Source of the DNA: Antedon mediterranea
Taxonomy: Eukaryota; Animalia; Echinodermata
Direction of reading: 5' to 3'
Assembly: GCF_964355755.1 (NCBI RefSeq)
Contig: NC_092678.1
Span: 10,290,352 to 10,354,351 of the forward strand
DNA length: 64,000 nt
Part shown: positions 10,671 through 25,500 of the stretch, one piece after another
Position numbering within the stretch: the stretch's first letter is position 1
How the letters are laid out: each line of letters begins with the position of its first letter
Translations under genes and position numbers: made by a program
The notes under the pieces: generated by a model
Told to the model about the DNA's origin: nothing
What the model saw: only the letters and a program-made list of their open reading frames with translations
Database searches by the model: none

Positions 10671-13600
10671 ATTTTAAGCACTTTGATGTTTTTGTGTAAC
10701 CAAGTTTTTTCGAAAATCACAAAATGGTCTAAAACGTCTCCAAATGCGATTTGAAGCTATTCTGTACACTTTGATGTTTTGTGTGAAAAAAGTTTTGTCG
10801 AAATGCTCAAAATGGTCTAAAACGTTTTTAAAACGATATTGAGCTATTTTGTGCTCTTTGATGTTTTTGTGTAACCAAGTTTTATCGAAATGAACAAAAT
10901 GGTCTAAAACGTCTCCAAATGCGATTTGAAGCTTTTCCAAGCACTTTGCTGTTTTTATATTAAGTTTTTTCGAAAATCACAAAATGGTCTAAAACGTCTC
11001 TAAATGCGATTTGAAGGTATTCTGAGCAATTTGGTGTTTTTGTGTGAAAAGTTTTAACGAAATGCTCAAAATTGTCTAAAACGGTTTCTAATGTGATTTT
11101 AAGCACTTTGATGTTTTTGTAAAACCAAGTTTCATCGAAATGCACAAAATGGTCTAAAACGTCTCCAAATGCGATTTGAAGCTATTCTGTACACTTTGAT
11201 GTTTTGTGTGAAAAAAGTTTTGTCGAAATGCTCAAAATGGTCTAAAACGTTTTTAAAACGATATTAAGCTATTTTGTGCTCTTTGATGTTTTTGTGTAAC
11301 CAAGTTTTATCGAAATGAACAAAATGGTCTAAAACGTCTCCAAATGCGATTTGAAGCTTTTCCAAGCACTTTGCTGTTTTTATGTTAACAGGTTTTTTCG
11401 AAAATCACAAAATGGTCTAAAACGTCTCAAAATGCGATTTGAAGGTATTCTGAGCACTTTGGTGTTTTTGTGTGAAAAGTTTTAACGAAATGCTCAAAAT
11501 TGTCTAAAACGGTTTCTAATGTGATTTTAAGCACTTTGATGTTTTTGTAAAACCAAGTTTCATCGAAATGCACAAAATGGTCTAAAATGTCTCCAAATGC
11601 GATTTGAAGCTTTTCCAAGCACTTTGCTGTTTTTATGTTAACAAGCTTTTTCGAAAATCACAAAATGGTCTAAAACGTCTCCAAATGTGATTTGAAGATA
11701 TTCTGAGCACTTTGGTGTTTTTATGTTAAAAAGTTTTTTCGATAATCACAAAATGGTCTAAAACGTCTCCAAATGCGATTTGAAGATATTCTGAGCACTT
11801 TGGTGTTTTTATGTTAAAAAGTTTTTTCGAAAATCACAAAATGGTCTAAAACGTCTCCAAATGCGATTTGAAGCTATTCTGTACACTTTGATGTTTTGTG
11901 TGAAAAAGTTTTGTCGAAATGCTCAAAATGGTTTAAAACGTTTTTAAAACGATATTAAGCTATTTTGTGCTCTTTGATGTTTTTGTATAACCAAGTTTCA
12001 TCGAAATGCACAAAATGGTCTAAAACGTCTCCAAATACGATTTGAAGCTTTTCCAAGCACTTTGCTGTTTTTATGTTAACAAGTTTTTTCGAAAATCACA
12101 AAATTGTCTAAAACGTCTCAAAATGCGATTTGAAGGTATTCTGAGCACTTTGGTGTTTTTGTGTGAAAAGTTTTAACGAAAAGCTCAAAATGGTCTAAAA
12201 CGGTTCTAATGTGATTTTAAGCACTTTGATGTTTTTGTACAACCAAGTTTCATCGAAATGCTCAAAATGGTCTAAAACGTTTTTAAAACGATATTAAGCT
12301 ATTTTGTGCTCTTTGATGTTTTTGTGTAACCAAGTTTTTTTCGAAAATCACAAAATGGTCTAAAACGTCTCCAAATGCGATTTGAAGCTTTTCTAAGCAC
12401 TTTGGTGTTTTTATGTTAACAAGTTTTTTCGAAAATCGCAAAATGGTCTAAAACGTCTCAAAATGCGATTTGAAGGTATTCTGAGCACTTTGGTGTTTTT
12501 GTGTGAAAAGTTTTAACGAAATGCTCAAAATGGTCTAAAACGGTTTCTAATGTGATTTTAACCACTTTGATGTTTTTGTGTAACCAAGTTCTTTTCGAAA
12601 ATCACAAAATGGTCTAAAACGTCTCCAAATGCGATTTGAAGCTTTTCTAAGCACTTTGGTGTTTTTATGTTAACAAGTTTTTTCGAAAATCACAAAATGG
12701 TCTAAAACGTCTCAAAATGCGATTTGAAGGTATTCTGAGCACTTTGGTGTTTTTGTGTGAAAAGTTTTAACGAAATGCTCAAAATGGTCTAAAACGGTTT
12801 CTAATGTGATTTTAACCACTTTGATGTTTTTGTGTAACCAAGTTTTTTCGAAAATCACAAAATGGTCTAAAACGTCTCCAAATGCGATTTGAAGCTTTTC
12901 CAAGCACTTTGCTGTTTTTATGTTAACAAGTTTTTTCGAAAATCACAAAATGGTCTAAAACGTCTCCAAATGCGATTTCAAGGTATTCTGAGCACTTTGG
13001 TGTTTTTGTGTGAAAGGTTTTAACGAAATGCTCAAAATGGTCTAAAACGGTTTCTAATGTGATTTTAAGCACTTTGATGTTTTTGTATAACCAAGTTTCA
13101 TCGAAATGCACAAAATGGTCTAAAACGTCTCCAAATGCGATTTGAAGCTTTTCTAAGCACTTTGCTGTTTTTATGTTAAAAAGTTTTTTCGAAAATCACA
13201 AAATGGTCTAAAACGTCTCCAAATGCGATTTGAAGATATTCTGAGCACTTTGGTGTTTTTATGTTAAAAAGTTTTTTCGAAAATCACAAAATGGTCTAAA
13301 ACGTCTCCAAATGCGATTTGAAGATATTCTGAGCACTTTGGTGTTTTTATGTTAAAAAGTTTTTTCGAAAATCACAAAATGGTCTAAAACGTCTCCAAAT
13401 GCGATTTGAAGCTATTCTGTACACTTTGATGTTTTGTGTGAAAAAGTTTTGTCGAAATGCTCAAAATGGTCTAAAACGTTTTTAAAACGATATTAAGCTA
13501 TTTTGTGCTCTTTGATGTTTTTGTGTAACCAAGTTTTATCGAAATGAACAAAATGGTCTAAAACGTCTCCAAATGCGATTTGAAGCTTTTCTAAGCACTT

Positions 13601-13846
13601 TGCTGTTTTTATGTTAACAAGTTTTTTCGAAAATCACAAAATGGTCTAAAACGTCTCCAAATGCGATTTGAAGATATTCTGAGCACTTTGGTGTTTTTAT
13701 GTTAAAAAGTTTTTTCGAAAATCACAAAATGGTCTAAAACGTCTCCAAATGCGATTTGAAGCTATTCTATACACTTTGATGTTTTGTGTTAAAAAGTTTT
13801 GTCGAAATGCTCAAAATGGTTTAAAACGTTTTTAAAACGATATTAA

Positions 13847-13905
13847 GCTATTTTGTGCTCTTTGATGTTTTTGTGTAACCAAGTTTCATCGAAATGCGAT
13901 TTGAA
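13847..13905 (+). repeat. 59-bp truncated D monomer (second copy at ~47631-47689)
   Basis: The junction 'tttcatcgaaatg|cgatttgaag' shows a 29-bp deletion between two aaatg direct repeats. Confidence 0.9.
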
Positions 13906-14239
13906 GCTTTTCCAAGCACTTTGCTGTTTTTATGTTAACAAGCTTTTTCGAAAATCACAAAATGGTCTAAAACGTCTCCAAATGCGATTTGAAGATATTC
14001 TGAGCACTTTGGTGTTTTTATGTTAAAAAGTTTTTTCGAAAATCACAAAATGGTCTAAAACGTCTCCAAATGCGATTTGAAGATATTCTAAGCACTTTGG
14101 TGTTTTTATGTTAACAAGTTTTTTCGAAAATCACAAAATGGTCTAAAACGTCTCCAAATGCGATTTGAAGATATTCTGAGCACTTTGGTGTTTTTCTGTT
14201 AAAAAGTATTTTCGAAAATCACAAAATGGTCTAAAACGT

Positions 14240-16500
14240 CTCCAAATGCAATTTGAAGCTATTCTGTACACTTTGATGTTTTGTGTGAAAAAGTTTTGTC
14301 AAAATGCTCAAAATGGTCTAAAACGTTTTTAAAACGATATTAAGCTATTTTGTGCTCTTTGATGTTTTTGTATAACCAAGTTTTTTCGAAAATCACAACA
14401 TGGTCTAAAACGTCTCCAAATGCGATTTGAAGCTTTTCTAAACACTTTGGTGTTTTTATGTTAACAAGTTTTTTCGAAAATCACAAAATGGTCTAAAACG
14501 TCTCCAAATCCGATTTGAAGCTATTCTGTACACTTTGATGTTTTGTGTGAAAAAGTTTTGTCGAAATGCTCAAAATGGTCTAAAACGTTTTTAAAACGAT
14601 ATTAAGCTATTTTGTGCTCTTTGATGTTTTTGTGTAACCAAGTTTCATCGATATGAACAAAATGGTCTAAAACGTCTCAAAATGCGATTTGAAGGTATTC
14701 TGAGCACTTTGGTGTTTTTGGGTGAAAAGTTTTAACGAAATGCTCAAAATGGTCTAAAACGGTTTCTAATGTGATTTTAAGCACTTTGAAGTATTTGTAA
14801 AAACAAGTTTCATCGAAATGCACAAAATAGTCTAAAACGTCTCCAAATGCGATTTGAAGCTTTTCTAAGCACTTTGGTGTTTTTATGTTAACAAGTTTTT
14901 TCGAAAATCACAAAATGGTCTAAAACGTCTCCAAATGCGATTTGAAGATATTCTGAGCACTTTGGTGTTTTTATGTTAAAAAGTATTTTCGAAAATCACA
15001 AAATGGTCTAAAACGTCTCCAAATGCGATTTGAAGCTCTTCTGTACACTTTGATGTTTTGTGTGAAAAAGTTTAGTCGAAATGCTCAAAATGGTCTAAAA
15101 CGTTTTTAAAACGATATTAAGCTATTTTGTGCTCTTTGATGTTTTTGTGTAACCAAGTTTCATCGAAAATCACAAAATGGTCTAAAACGTCTCCAAATGC
15201 GATTTGAAGCTTTTCCAAGCACTTTGCTGTTTTTATGTTAACAAGTTTTTTCGAAAATCACAAAATGGTCTAAAACGTCTCAAAATACGATATTAAGCTG
15301 TTTTGTGCACTTTGATGATTTGTGTGAAAAGTTTTAACGAAATGCTCAAAATGGTCTAAAACGGTTTCTAATGTGATTTTAAGCACTTTGATGTTTTTAT
15401 GTAGCCAAGTTTTTTCGAAAATCACAAAATGGTCAAAAACGTCTCCAAATGCGATTTGAAGCTTTTCTAAGCACTTTGGTGTTTTTATGTTAACAAGTTT
15501 TTTCGAAAATCACAAAATGGTCTAAAACGTCTCCAAATGCAATTTGAAGCTATTCTGTACACTTTGATGTTTTGTGTGAAAAAGTTTTGTCAAAATGCTC
15601 AAAATGGTCTAAAACGTTTTTAAAACGATATTAAGCTATTTTGTGCTCTTTGATGTTTTTGTATAACCAAGTTTTTTCGAAAATCACAAAATGGTCTAAA
15701 ACGTCTCCAAATGCGATTTGAAGCTTTTCTAAACACTTTGGTGTTTTTATGTTAACAAGTTTTTTCGAAAATCACAAAATGGTCTAAAACGTCTCCAAAT
15801 CCGATTTGAAGCTATTCTGTACACTTTGATGTTTTGTGTGAAAAAGTTTTGTCGAAATGCTCAAAATGGTCTAAAACGTTTTTAAAACGATATTAAGCTA
15901 TTTTGTGCTCTTTGATGTTTTTGTGTAACCAAGTTTCATCGATATGAACAAAATGGTCTAAAACGTCTCAAAATGCGATTTGAAGGTATTCTGAGCACTT
16001 TGGTGTTTTTGGGTGAAAAGTTTTAACGAAATGCTCAAAATGGTCTAAAACGGTTTCTAATGTGATTTTAAGCACTTTGAAGTATTTGTAAAAACAAGTT
16101 TCATCGAAATGCACAAAATAGTCTAAAACGTCTTCAAATGCGATTTGAAGCTTTTCTAAGCACTTTGGTGTTTTTATGTTAACAAGTTTTTTCGAAAATC
16201 ACAAAATGGTCTAAAACGTCTCCAAATGCGATTTGAAGATATTCTGAGCACTTTGGTGTTTTTATGTTAAAAAGTATTTTCGAAAATCACAAAATGGTCT
16301 AAAACGTCTCCAAATGCGATTTGAAGCTCTTCTGTACACTTTGATGTTTTGTGTGAAAAAGTTTAGTCGAAATGCTCAAAATGGTCTATAACGTTTTTAA
16401 AACGATATTAAGCTATTTTGTGCTCTTTGATGTTTTTGTGTAACCAAGTTTCATCGAAAATCACAAAATGGTCTAAAACGTCTCCAAATGCGATTTGAAG
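14240..16500 (+). repeat. 1291-bp (15-monomer) tandem duplication
   Basis: 'gaagtatttgtaaaaacaag' is at 14788 and 16079, with co-occurring aaatccgattt, atcgatatg, gggtgaaaag and gtttagtcg. The same 1291 spacing is seen at 48310/49601. Confidence 0.85.
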
Positions 16501-19500
16501 ATATTCTGAGCACTTTGGTGTTTTTATGTTAACAAGTTTTTTCGAAAATCACAAAATGGTCTAAAACGTCTCCAAATGCGATTTGAAGATATTCTGAGCA
16601 CTTTGGTGTTTTTATGTTAAAAAGTTTTTTCGAAAATCACAAAATGGTCTAAAACGTCTCCAAATGCGATTTGAAGCTATTCTATACACTTTGATGTTTT
16701 GTGTTAAAAAGTTTTGTCGAAATGCTCAAAATGGTTTAAAACGTTTTTAAAACGATATTAAGCTATTTTGTGCTCTTTGATGTTTTTGTGTAACCAAGTT
16801 TCATCGAAATGAACAAAATGGTCTAAAACGTCTCCAAATGCGATTTGAAGCTTTTCCAAGCACTTTGCTGTTTTTATGTTAACAAGTTTTTTCGAAAATC
16901 ACAAAATTGTCTAAAACGTCTCAAAATGCGATTTGAAGGTATTCTGAGCACTTTGGTGTTTTTGTGTGAAAAGTTTTAACGAAAAGCTCAAAATGGTCTA
17001 AAACGGTTCTAATGTGATTTTAAGCACTTTGATGTTTTTGTACAACCAAGTTTCATGGAAATGCTCAAAATGGTCTAAAACGTTTTTAAAACGATATTAA
17101 GCTATTTTGTGCTCTTTGATGTTTTTGTGTAACCAAGTTTTTTCGAAAATCACAAAATGGTCTAAAACGTCTCCAAATGCGATTTGAAGCTTTTCTAAGC
17201 ACTTTGGTGTTTTTATGTTAACAAGTTTTTTCGAAAATCACAAAATGGTCTAAAACGTCTCCAAATGCGATTTGAAGATATTCTGAGCACTTTGGTGTTT
17301 TTCTGTTAAAAAGTATTTTCGAAAATCACAAAATGGTCTAAAACGTCTCCAAATGCAATTTGAAGCTATTCTGTACACTTTGATGTTTTGTGTGAAAAAG
17401 TTTTGTCAAAATGCTCAAAATGGTCTAAAACGTTTTTAAAACGATATTAAGCTATTTTGTGCTCTTTGATGTTTTTGTATAACCAAGTTTTTTCGAAAAT
17501 CACAAAATGGTCTAAAACGTCTCCAAATGCGATTTGAAGCTTTTCTAAACACTTTGGTGTTTTTATGTTAACAAGTTTTTTCGAAAATCACAAAATGGTC
17601 TAAAACGTCTCCAAATCCGATTTGAAGCTATTCTGTACACTTTGATGTTTTGTGTGAAAAAGTTTTGTCGAAATGCTCAAAATGGTCTAAAACGTTTTTA
17701 AAACGATATTAAGCTATTTTGTGCTCTTTGATGTTTTTGTGTAACCAAGTTTCATCGATATGAACAAAATGGTCTAAAACGTCTCAAAATGCGATTTGAA
17801 GGTATTCTGAGCACTTTGGTGTTTTTGGGTGAAAAGTTTTAACGAAATGCTCAAAATGGTCTAAAACGGTTTCTAATGTGATTTTAAGCACTTTGAAGTA
17901 TTTGTAAAAACAAGTTTCATCGAAATGCACAAAATAGTCTAAAACGTCTCCAAATGCGATTTGAAGCTTTTCTAAGCACTTTGGTGTTTTTATGTTAACA
18001 AGTTTTTTCGAAAATCACAAAATGGTCTAAAACGTCTCCAAATGCGATTTGAAGATATTCTGAGCACTTTGGTGTTTTTATGTTAAAAAGTATTTTCGAA
18101 AATCACAAAATGGTCTAAAACGTCTCCAAATGCGATTTGAAGCTCTTCTGTACACTTTGATGTTTTGTGTGAAAAAGTTTAGTCGAAATGCTCAAAATGG
18201 TCTAAAACGTTTTTAAAACGATATTAAGCTATTTTGTGCTCTTTGATGTTTTTGTGTAACCAAGTTTCATCGAAAATCACAAAATGGTCTAAAACGTCTC
18301 CAAATGCGATTTGAAGCTTTTCCAAGCACTTTGCTGTTTTTATGTTAACAAGTTTTTTCGAAAATCACAAAATGGTCTAAAACGTCTCAAAATACGATAT
18401 TAAGCTGTTTTGTGCACTTTGATGATTTGTGTGAAAAGTTTTAACGAAATGCTCAAAATGGTCTAAAACGGTTTCTAATGTGATTTTAAGCACTTTGATG
18501 TTTTTATGTAGCCAAGTTTTTTCGAAAATCACAAAATGGTCAAAAACGTCTCCAAATGCGATTTGAAGCTTTTCTAAGCACTTTGGTGTTTTTATGTTAA
18601 CAAGTTTTTTCGAAAATCACAAAATGGTCTAAAACGTCTTCAAATGCGATTTGAAGATATTCTGAGCACTTTGGTGTTTTTCTGTTAAAAAGTATTTTCG
18701 AAAATCACAAAAGGGTCTATAACGTCTCCAAATGCGATTTGAAGCTATTCTAGACACTTTGATGTTTTGTGTGAAAAATTTTCTCGAAATGCTCAAAATG
18801 GTCTAAAACGTTTTCCAATACCATTATTAAGCTATTTTGTGCAATTTGATGTTTTTGTGTAACCAAGTTTTTTGAAATGCGATTTGAAGATATTCTGAGG
18901 ACTTTGGTGTTTTTATGTTAAAAAGTTTTTTCGAAAATCACAAAATGGTCTAAAACGTCTCCAAATGCGATTTGAAGATATTCTGAGCACTTTGGTGTTT
19001 TTATGTTAAAAAGTTTTTTGGAAAATCACAAAATGGTCTAAAACGACTCCAAATGCGATTTGAAGCTATCCTGTACACTTTGATGTTTTGTGTGAAAAAG
19101 TTTTGTCGAAATGCTCAAAATGATCTAAAACGTTTTTAAAACGATATTAAGCTATTTTGTGCTCTTTGATGTTTTTGTGTATCCAAGTTTCATCGAAATG
19201 AACAAAATGGTCTAAAACGTTTTTAAATACCATATTAAGCTGTTTTGTGCACTTTGATGATTTGTGTGAAAAGTTTTAAGGAAATGCTCAAAATAGTCTA
19301 AAACGGTTTCTAATGTGATTTTAAGCACTTTGATGTTTTTGTGTAACCAAGTTTTATCGAAATGAACAAAATGGTCTAAAACGTCTCCAAATGCGATTTG
19401 AAGCTTTTCCAAGCACTTTGCTGTTTTTATATTAAGTTTTTTCGAAAATCACAAAATGGTCTAAAACGTCTCTAAATGCGATTTGAAGGTATTCTGAGCA

Positions 19501-22500
19501 ATTTGGTGTTTTTGTGTGAAAAGTTTTAACGAAATGCTCAAAATTGTCTAAAACGGTTTCTAATGTGATTTTAAGCACTTTGATGTTTTTGTAAAACCAA
19601 GTTTCATCGAAATGCACAAAATGGTCTAAAACGTCTCCAAATGCGATTTGAAGCTATTCTGTACACTTTGATGTTTTGTGTGAAAAAAGTTTTGTCGAAA
19701 TGCTCAAAATGGTCTAAAACGTTTTTAAAACGATATTAAGCTATTTTGTGCTCTTTGATGTTTTTGTGTAACCAAGTTTTATCGAAATGAACAAAATGGT
19801 CTAAAACGTCTCCAAATGCGATTTGAAGCTTTTCCAAGCACTTTGCTGTTTTTATGTTAACAGGTTTTTTCGAAAATCACAAAATGGTCTAAAACTTCTC
19901 AAAATGCGATTTGAAGGTATTCTGAGCACTTTGGTGTTTTTGTGTGAAAAGTTTTAACGAAATGCTCAAAATTGTCTAAAACGGTTTCTAATGTGATTTT
20001 AAGCACTTTGATGTTTTTGTAAAACCAAGTTTCATCGAAATGCACAAAATGGTCTAAAATGTCTCCAAATGCGATTTGAAGCTTTTCCAAGCACTTTGCT
20101 GTTTTTATGTTAACAAGCTTTTTCGAAAATCACAAAATGGTCTAAAACGTCTCCAAATGTGATTTGAAGATATTCTGAGCACTTTGGTATTTTTATGTTA
20201 AAAAGTTTTTTCGAAAATCACAAAATGGTCTAAAACGTCTCCAAATGCGATTTGAAGATATTCTGAGCACTTTGGTGTTTTTATGTTAAAAAGTTTTTTC
20301 GAAAATCACAAAATGGTCTAAAACGTCTCCAAATGCGATTTGAAGCTATTCTGTACACTTTGATGTTTTGTGTGAAAAAGTTTTGTCGAAATGCTCAAAA
20401 TGGTTTAAAACGTTTTTAAAACGATATTAAGCTATTTTGTGCTCTTTGATGTTTTTGTATAACCAAGTTTCATCGAAATGCACAAAATGGTCTAAAACGT
20501 CTCCAAATACGATTTGAAGCTTTTCCAAGCACTTTGCTGTTTTTATGTTAACAAGTTTTTTCGAAAATCACAAAATTGTCTAAAACGTCTCAAAATGCGA
20601 TTTGAAGGTATTCTGAGCACTTTGGTGTTTTTGTGTGAAAAGTTTTAACGAAAAGCTCAAAATGGTCTAAAACGGTTCTAATGTGATTTTAAGCACTTTG
20701 ATGTTTTTGTACAACCAAGTTTCATCGAAATGCTCAAAATGGTCTAAAACGTTTTTAAAACGATATTAAGCTATTTTGTGCTCTTTGATGTTTTTGTGTA
20801 ACCAAGTTTTTTTCGAAAATCACAAAATGGTCTAAAACGTCTCCAAATGCGATTTGAAGCTTTTCTAAGCACTTTGGTGTTTTTATGTTAACAAGTTTTT
20901 TCGAAAATCGCAAAATGGTCTAAAACGTCTCAAAATGCGATTTGAAGGTATTCTGAGCACTTTGGTGTTTTTGTGTGAAAAGTTTTAACGAAATGCTCAA
21001 AATGGTCTAAAACGGTTTCTAATGTGATTTTAACCTCTTTGATGTTTTTGTGTAACCAAGTTCTTTTCGAAAATCACAAAATGGTCTAAAACGTCTCCAA
21101 ATGCGATTTGAAGCTTTTCTAAGCACTTTGGTGTTTTTATGTTAACAAGTTTTTTCGAAAATCACAAAATGGTCTAAAACGTCTCAAAATGCGATTTGAA
21201 GGTATTCTGAGCACTTTGGTGTTTTTGTGTGAAAAGTTTTAACGAAATGCTCAAAATGGTCTAAAACGGTTTCTAATGTGATTTTAACCACTTTGATGTT
21301 TTTGTGTAACCAAGTTTTTTCGAAAATCACAAAATGGTCTAAAACGTCTCCAAATGCGATTTGAAGCTTTTCTAAGCACTTTGGTGTTTTTATGTTAACA
21401 AGTTTTTTCGAAAATCACAAAATGGTCTAAAACGTCTCCAAATGCGATTTGAAGCTATTCTGTACACTTTGATGTTTTGTGTGAAAAAAGTTTTGTCGAA
21501 ATGCTCAAAATGGTCTAAAACGTTTTTAAAACGATATTAAGCTATTTTGTGCTCTTTGATGTTTTTGTGTAACCAAGTTTTATCGAAATGAACAAAATGT
21601 TCTAAAACGTCTCCAAATGCGATTTGAAGCTTTTCCAAGCACTTTGCTGTTTTTATGTTAAGTTTTTTCGAAAATCACAAAATGGTCTAAAACGTCTCTA
21701 AATGCGATTTGAAGGTATTCTGAGCACTTTGGTGTTTTTGTGTGAAAAGTTTTAACGAAATGCTCAAAATTGTCTAAAACGGTTTCTAATGTGATTTTAA
21801 GCACTTTGATGTTTTTGTAAAACCAAGTTTCATCGAAATGCACAAAATGGTCTAAAACGTCTCCAAATGCGATTTGAAGCTTTTCCAAGCACTTTGCTGT
21901 TTTTATGTTAACAAGCTTTTTCGAAAATCACAAAATGGTCTAAAACGTCTCCAAATGCGATTTGAAGCTATTCTGTACACTTTGATGTTTTGTGTGAAAA
22001 AGTTTTGTCGAAATGCTCAAAATGGTTTAAAACGTTTTTAAAACGATATTAAGTTATTTTGTGCTCTTTGATGTTTTTGTGTAACCAAGTTTCATCGAAA
22101 TGAACAAAATGGTCTAAAACGTCTCCAAATGCGATTTGAAGCTTTTCCAAGCACTTTGCTGTTTTTATGTTAACAAGTTTTTTCGAAAATCACAAAATGG
22201 TGTAAAACGTCTCAAAATGCGATTTGAAGGTATTCTGAGCACTTTGGTGTTTTTGTGTGAAAAGTTTTAACGAAATGCTCAAAATGGTCTAAAACGGTTC
22301 TAATGTGATTTTAAGCTATTCTAGACACTTTGATGTTTTGTGTGAAAAAGTTTTCTCGAAATGCTCAAAATGGTCTAAAACGTTTTCCAATACCATATTA
22401 AGCTATTTTGTGCAATTTGATGTTTTTGTGTAACCAAGTTTTTTGAAATGCGATTTGAAGATATTCTGAGGACTCTGGTGTTTTTATGTTAAAAAGTTTT

Positions 22501-25500
22501 TTCGAAAATCACAAAATGGTCTAAAACGTCTCCAAATGCGATTTGAAGATATTCTGAGCACTTTGGTGTTTTTATGTTAAAAAGTTTTTTCGAAAATCAC
22601 AAAATGGTCTAAAACGTCTCCAAATGCGAGTTGAAGCTATTCTGTACACTTTGATGTTTTGTGTGAAAAAGTTTTGTCGAAATGCTCAAAATGGTCTAAA
22701 ACGTTTTTAAAACGATATTAAGCTATTTTGTGCTCTTTGATGTTTTTGTGTAACCAAGTTTTTTCAAAAATCACAAAATGGTCTAAAACGTCTCCAAATG
22801 CGATTTGAAGCTTTTCTAAGCACTTTGGTGTTTTTATGTTAACAAGTTTTTTCGCAAATCACAAAATGGTCTAAAACGTCTCCAAATGCGATTTGAAGAT
22901 ATTCTGAGCACATTGGTGTTTTTATGTTAAAAAAGTTTTTTCGAAAATCACAAAATGGTCTAAAACGTTTCCAAATGCGATTTGAAGCTCTTCTGTACAC
23001 TTTGATGTTTTGTGTGAAAAAGTTTTTTCGAAATGCTCAAAATGGTCTAAAACGTTTTTAAATACGATATTAAGCTGTTTTGTGCACTTTGATGGTTTGT
23101 GTGAAAAGTTTTAACGAAATGCTCAAAATGGTCAAAAACGGTTTCTAATGTGATTTTAAGCACTTTGATGTTTTTGTGTAACCAAGTTTTTTCGAAAATC
23201 ACAAATTGGTCTAAAACGTCTCCAAATGCGATTTGAAGCTTTTCTAAACACTTTGGTGCTTTTATGTTAACAAGTTTTTTCGAAAATCACAAAATGGTCT
23301 AAAACGTCTCCAAATGCGATTTGAAGCTTTTCTAAACACTTTGGTGTTTTTATGTTAACAAGTTTTTTCGAAAATCACAAAATGGTCTAAAACGTCTTCA
23401 AATGCGATTTGAAGATATTCTGAGCACTTTGGTGTTTTTCTGTTAAAAAGTTTTTTCGAAAATCACAAAATGGTCTAAAACGTCTCCAAATGCGATTTGA
23501 AGCTCTTCTGTACACTTTGATGTTTTGTGTGAAAAAGTTTTCTCGAAATGCTCAAAATGGTCTAAAACGTTTTCCAATACCATATTAAGCTATTTTGTGC
23601 AATTTGATGTTTTTATGTAACCAAGTTTTTTGAAATGCGATTTGAAGATATTCTGAGCACTTTGGTGTTTTTATGTTAAAAAGTTTTTTCGAAAATCACA
23701 AAATGGTCTAAAACGTCTCCAAATGCGATTTGAAGATATTCTGAGCACTTTGGTGTTTTTATGTTAAAAAGTTTTTTCGAAAATCACAAAATGGTCTAAA
23801 ACGTCTCCAAATGCGATTTGAAGCTATTCTGTACACTTTGATGTTTTGTGTGAAAAAGTTTTGTCGAAATGCTCAAAATGGTCTAAAACGTTTTTAAAAC
23901 GATATTAAGCTATTTTGTGCTCTTTGATGTTTTTGTGTAACCAAGTTTTTTCGAAAATCACAAAATGGTTTAAAACGTCTCCAAATGCGATTTGAAGCTT
24001 TTCTAAGCACTTTGGTGTTTTTATGTTAACAAGTTTTTTCGAAAATCACAAAATGGTCTAAAACGTCTCAAAATGCGATTTGAAGGTATTCTGAGCACTT
24101 TGGTGTTTTTGTGTGAAAAGTTTTAACGAAATGCTCAAAATGGTCTAAAACGGTTTCTAATGTGATTTTAACCACTTTGATGTTTTTGTGTAACCAAGTT
24201 TTTTCGAAAATCACAAAATGGTCTAAAACGTCTCCAAATGCGATTTGAAGCTTTTCTAAGCACTTTGGTGTTTTTATGTTAACAAGTTTTTTCGAAAATC
24301 ACAAAATGGTCTAAAACGTCTCCAAATGCGATTTGAAGCTATTCTGTACACTTTGATGTTTTGTGTGAAAAAAGTTTTGTCGAAATGCTCAAAATGGTCT
24401 AAAACGTTTTTAAAACGATATTAAGCTATTTTGTGCTCTTTGATGTTTTTGTGTAACCAAGTTTTATCGAAATGAACAAAATGTTCTAAAACGTCTCCAA
24501 ATGCGATTTGAAGCTTTTCCAAGCACTTTGCTGTTTTTATGTTAAGTTTTTTCGAAAATCACAAAATGGTCTAAAACGTCTCTAAATGCGATTTGAAGGT
24601 ATTCTGAGCACTTTGGTGTTTTTGTGTGAAAAGTTTTAACGAAATGCTCAAAATTGTCTAAAACGGTTTCTAATGTGATTTTAAGCACTTTGATGTTTTT
24701 GTAAAACCAAGTTTCATCGAAATGCACAAAATGGTCTAAAATGTCTCCAAATGCGATTTGAAGCTTTTCCAAGCACTTTGCTGTTTTTATGTTAACAAGC
24801 TTTTTCGAAAATCACAAAATGGTCTAAAACGTCTCCAAATGTGATTTGAAGATATTCTGAGCACTTTGGTGTTTTTATGTTAAAAAGTTTTTTGGAAAAT
24901 CACAAAATGGTCTAAAACGACTCCAAATGCGATTTGAAGCTATCCTGTACACTTTGATGTTTTGTGTGAAAAAGTTTTGTCGAAATGCTCAAAATGATCT
25001 AAAACGTTTTTAAAACGATATTAAGCTATTTTGTGCTCTTTGATGTTTTTGTGTATCCAAGTTTCATCGAAATGAACAAAATGGTCTAAAACGTTTTTAA
25101 ATACGATATTAAGCTGTTTTGTGCACTTTGATGATTTGTGTGAAAAGTTTTAACGAAATGCTCAAAATAGTCTAAAACGGTTTCTAATGTGATTTTAAGC
25201 ACTTTGATGTTTTTGTGTAACCAAGTTTTTTCGGAAATCACAAAATGGTCTAAAACGTCTCCAAATGCGATTTGAAGCTTTTCTAAGCACTTTGGTGTTT
25301 TTATGTTAACAAGTTTTTTCGAAAATCACAAAATGGTCTAAAACGTCTCAAAATGCGATTTGAAGGTAATCTGAGCACTTTGGTGTTTTTGTGTGAAAAG
25401 TTTTAACGAAATGCTCAAAATGGTCTAAAACGGTTTCTAATGTGATTTTAACAACTTTGATGTTTTTGTGTAACCAAGTTTTTTCGAAAATCACAAAATG

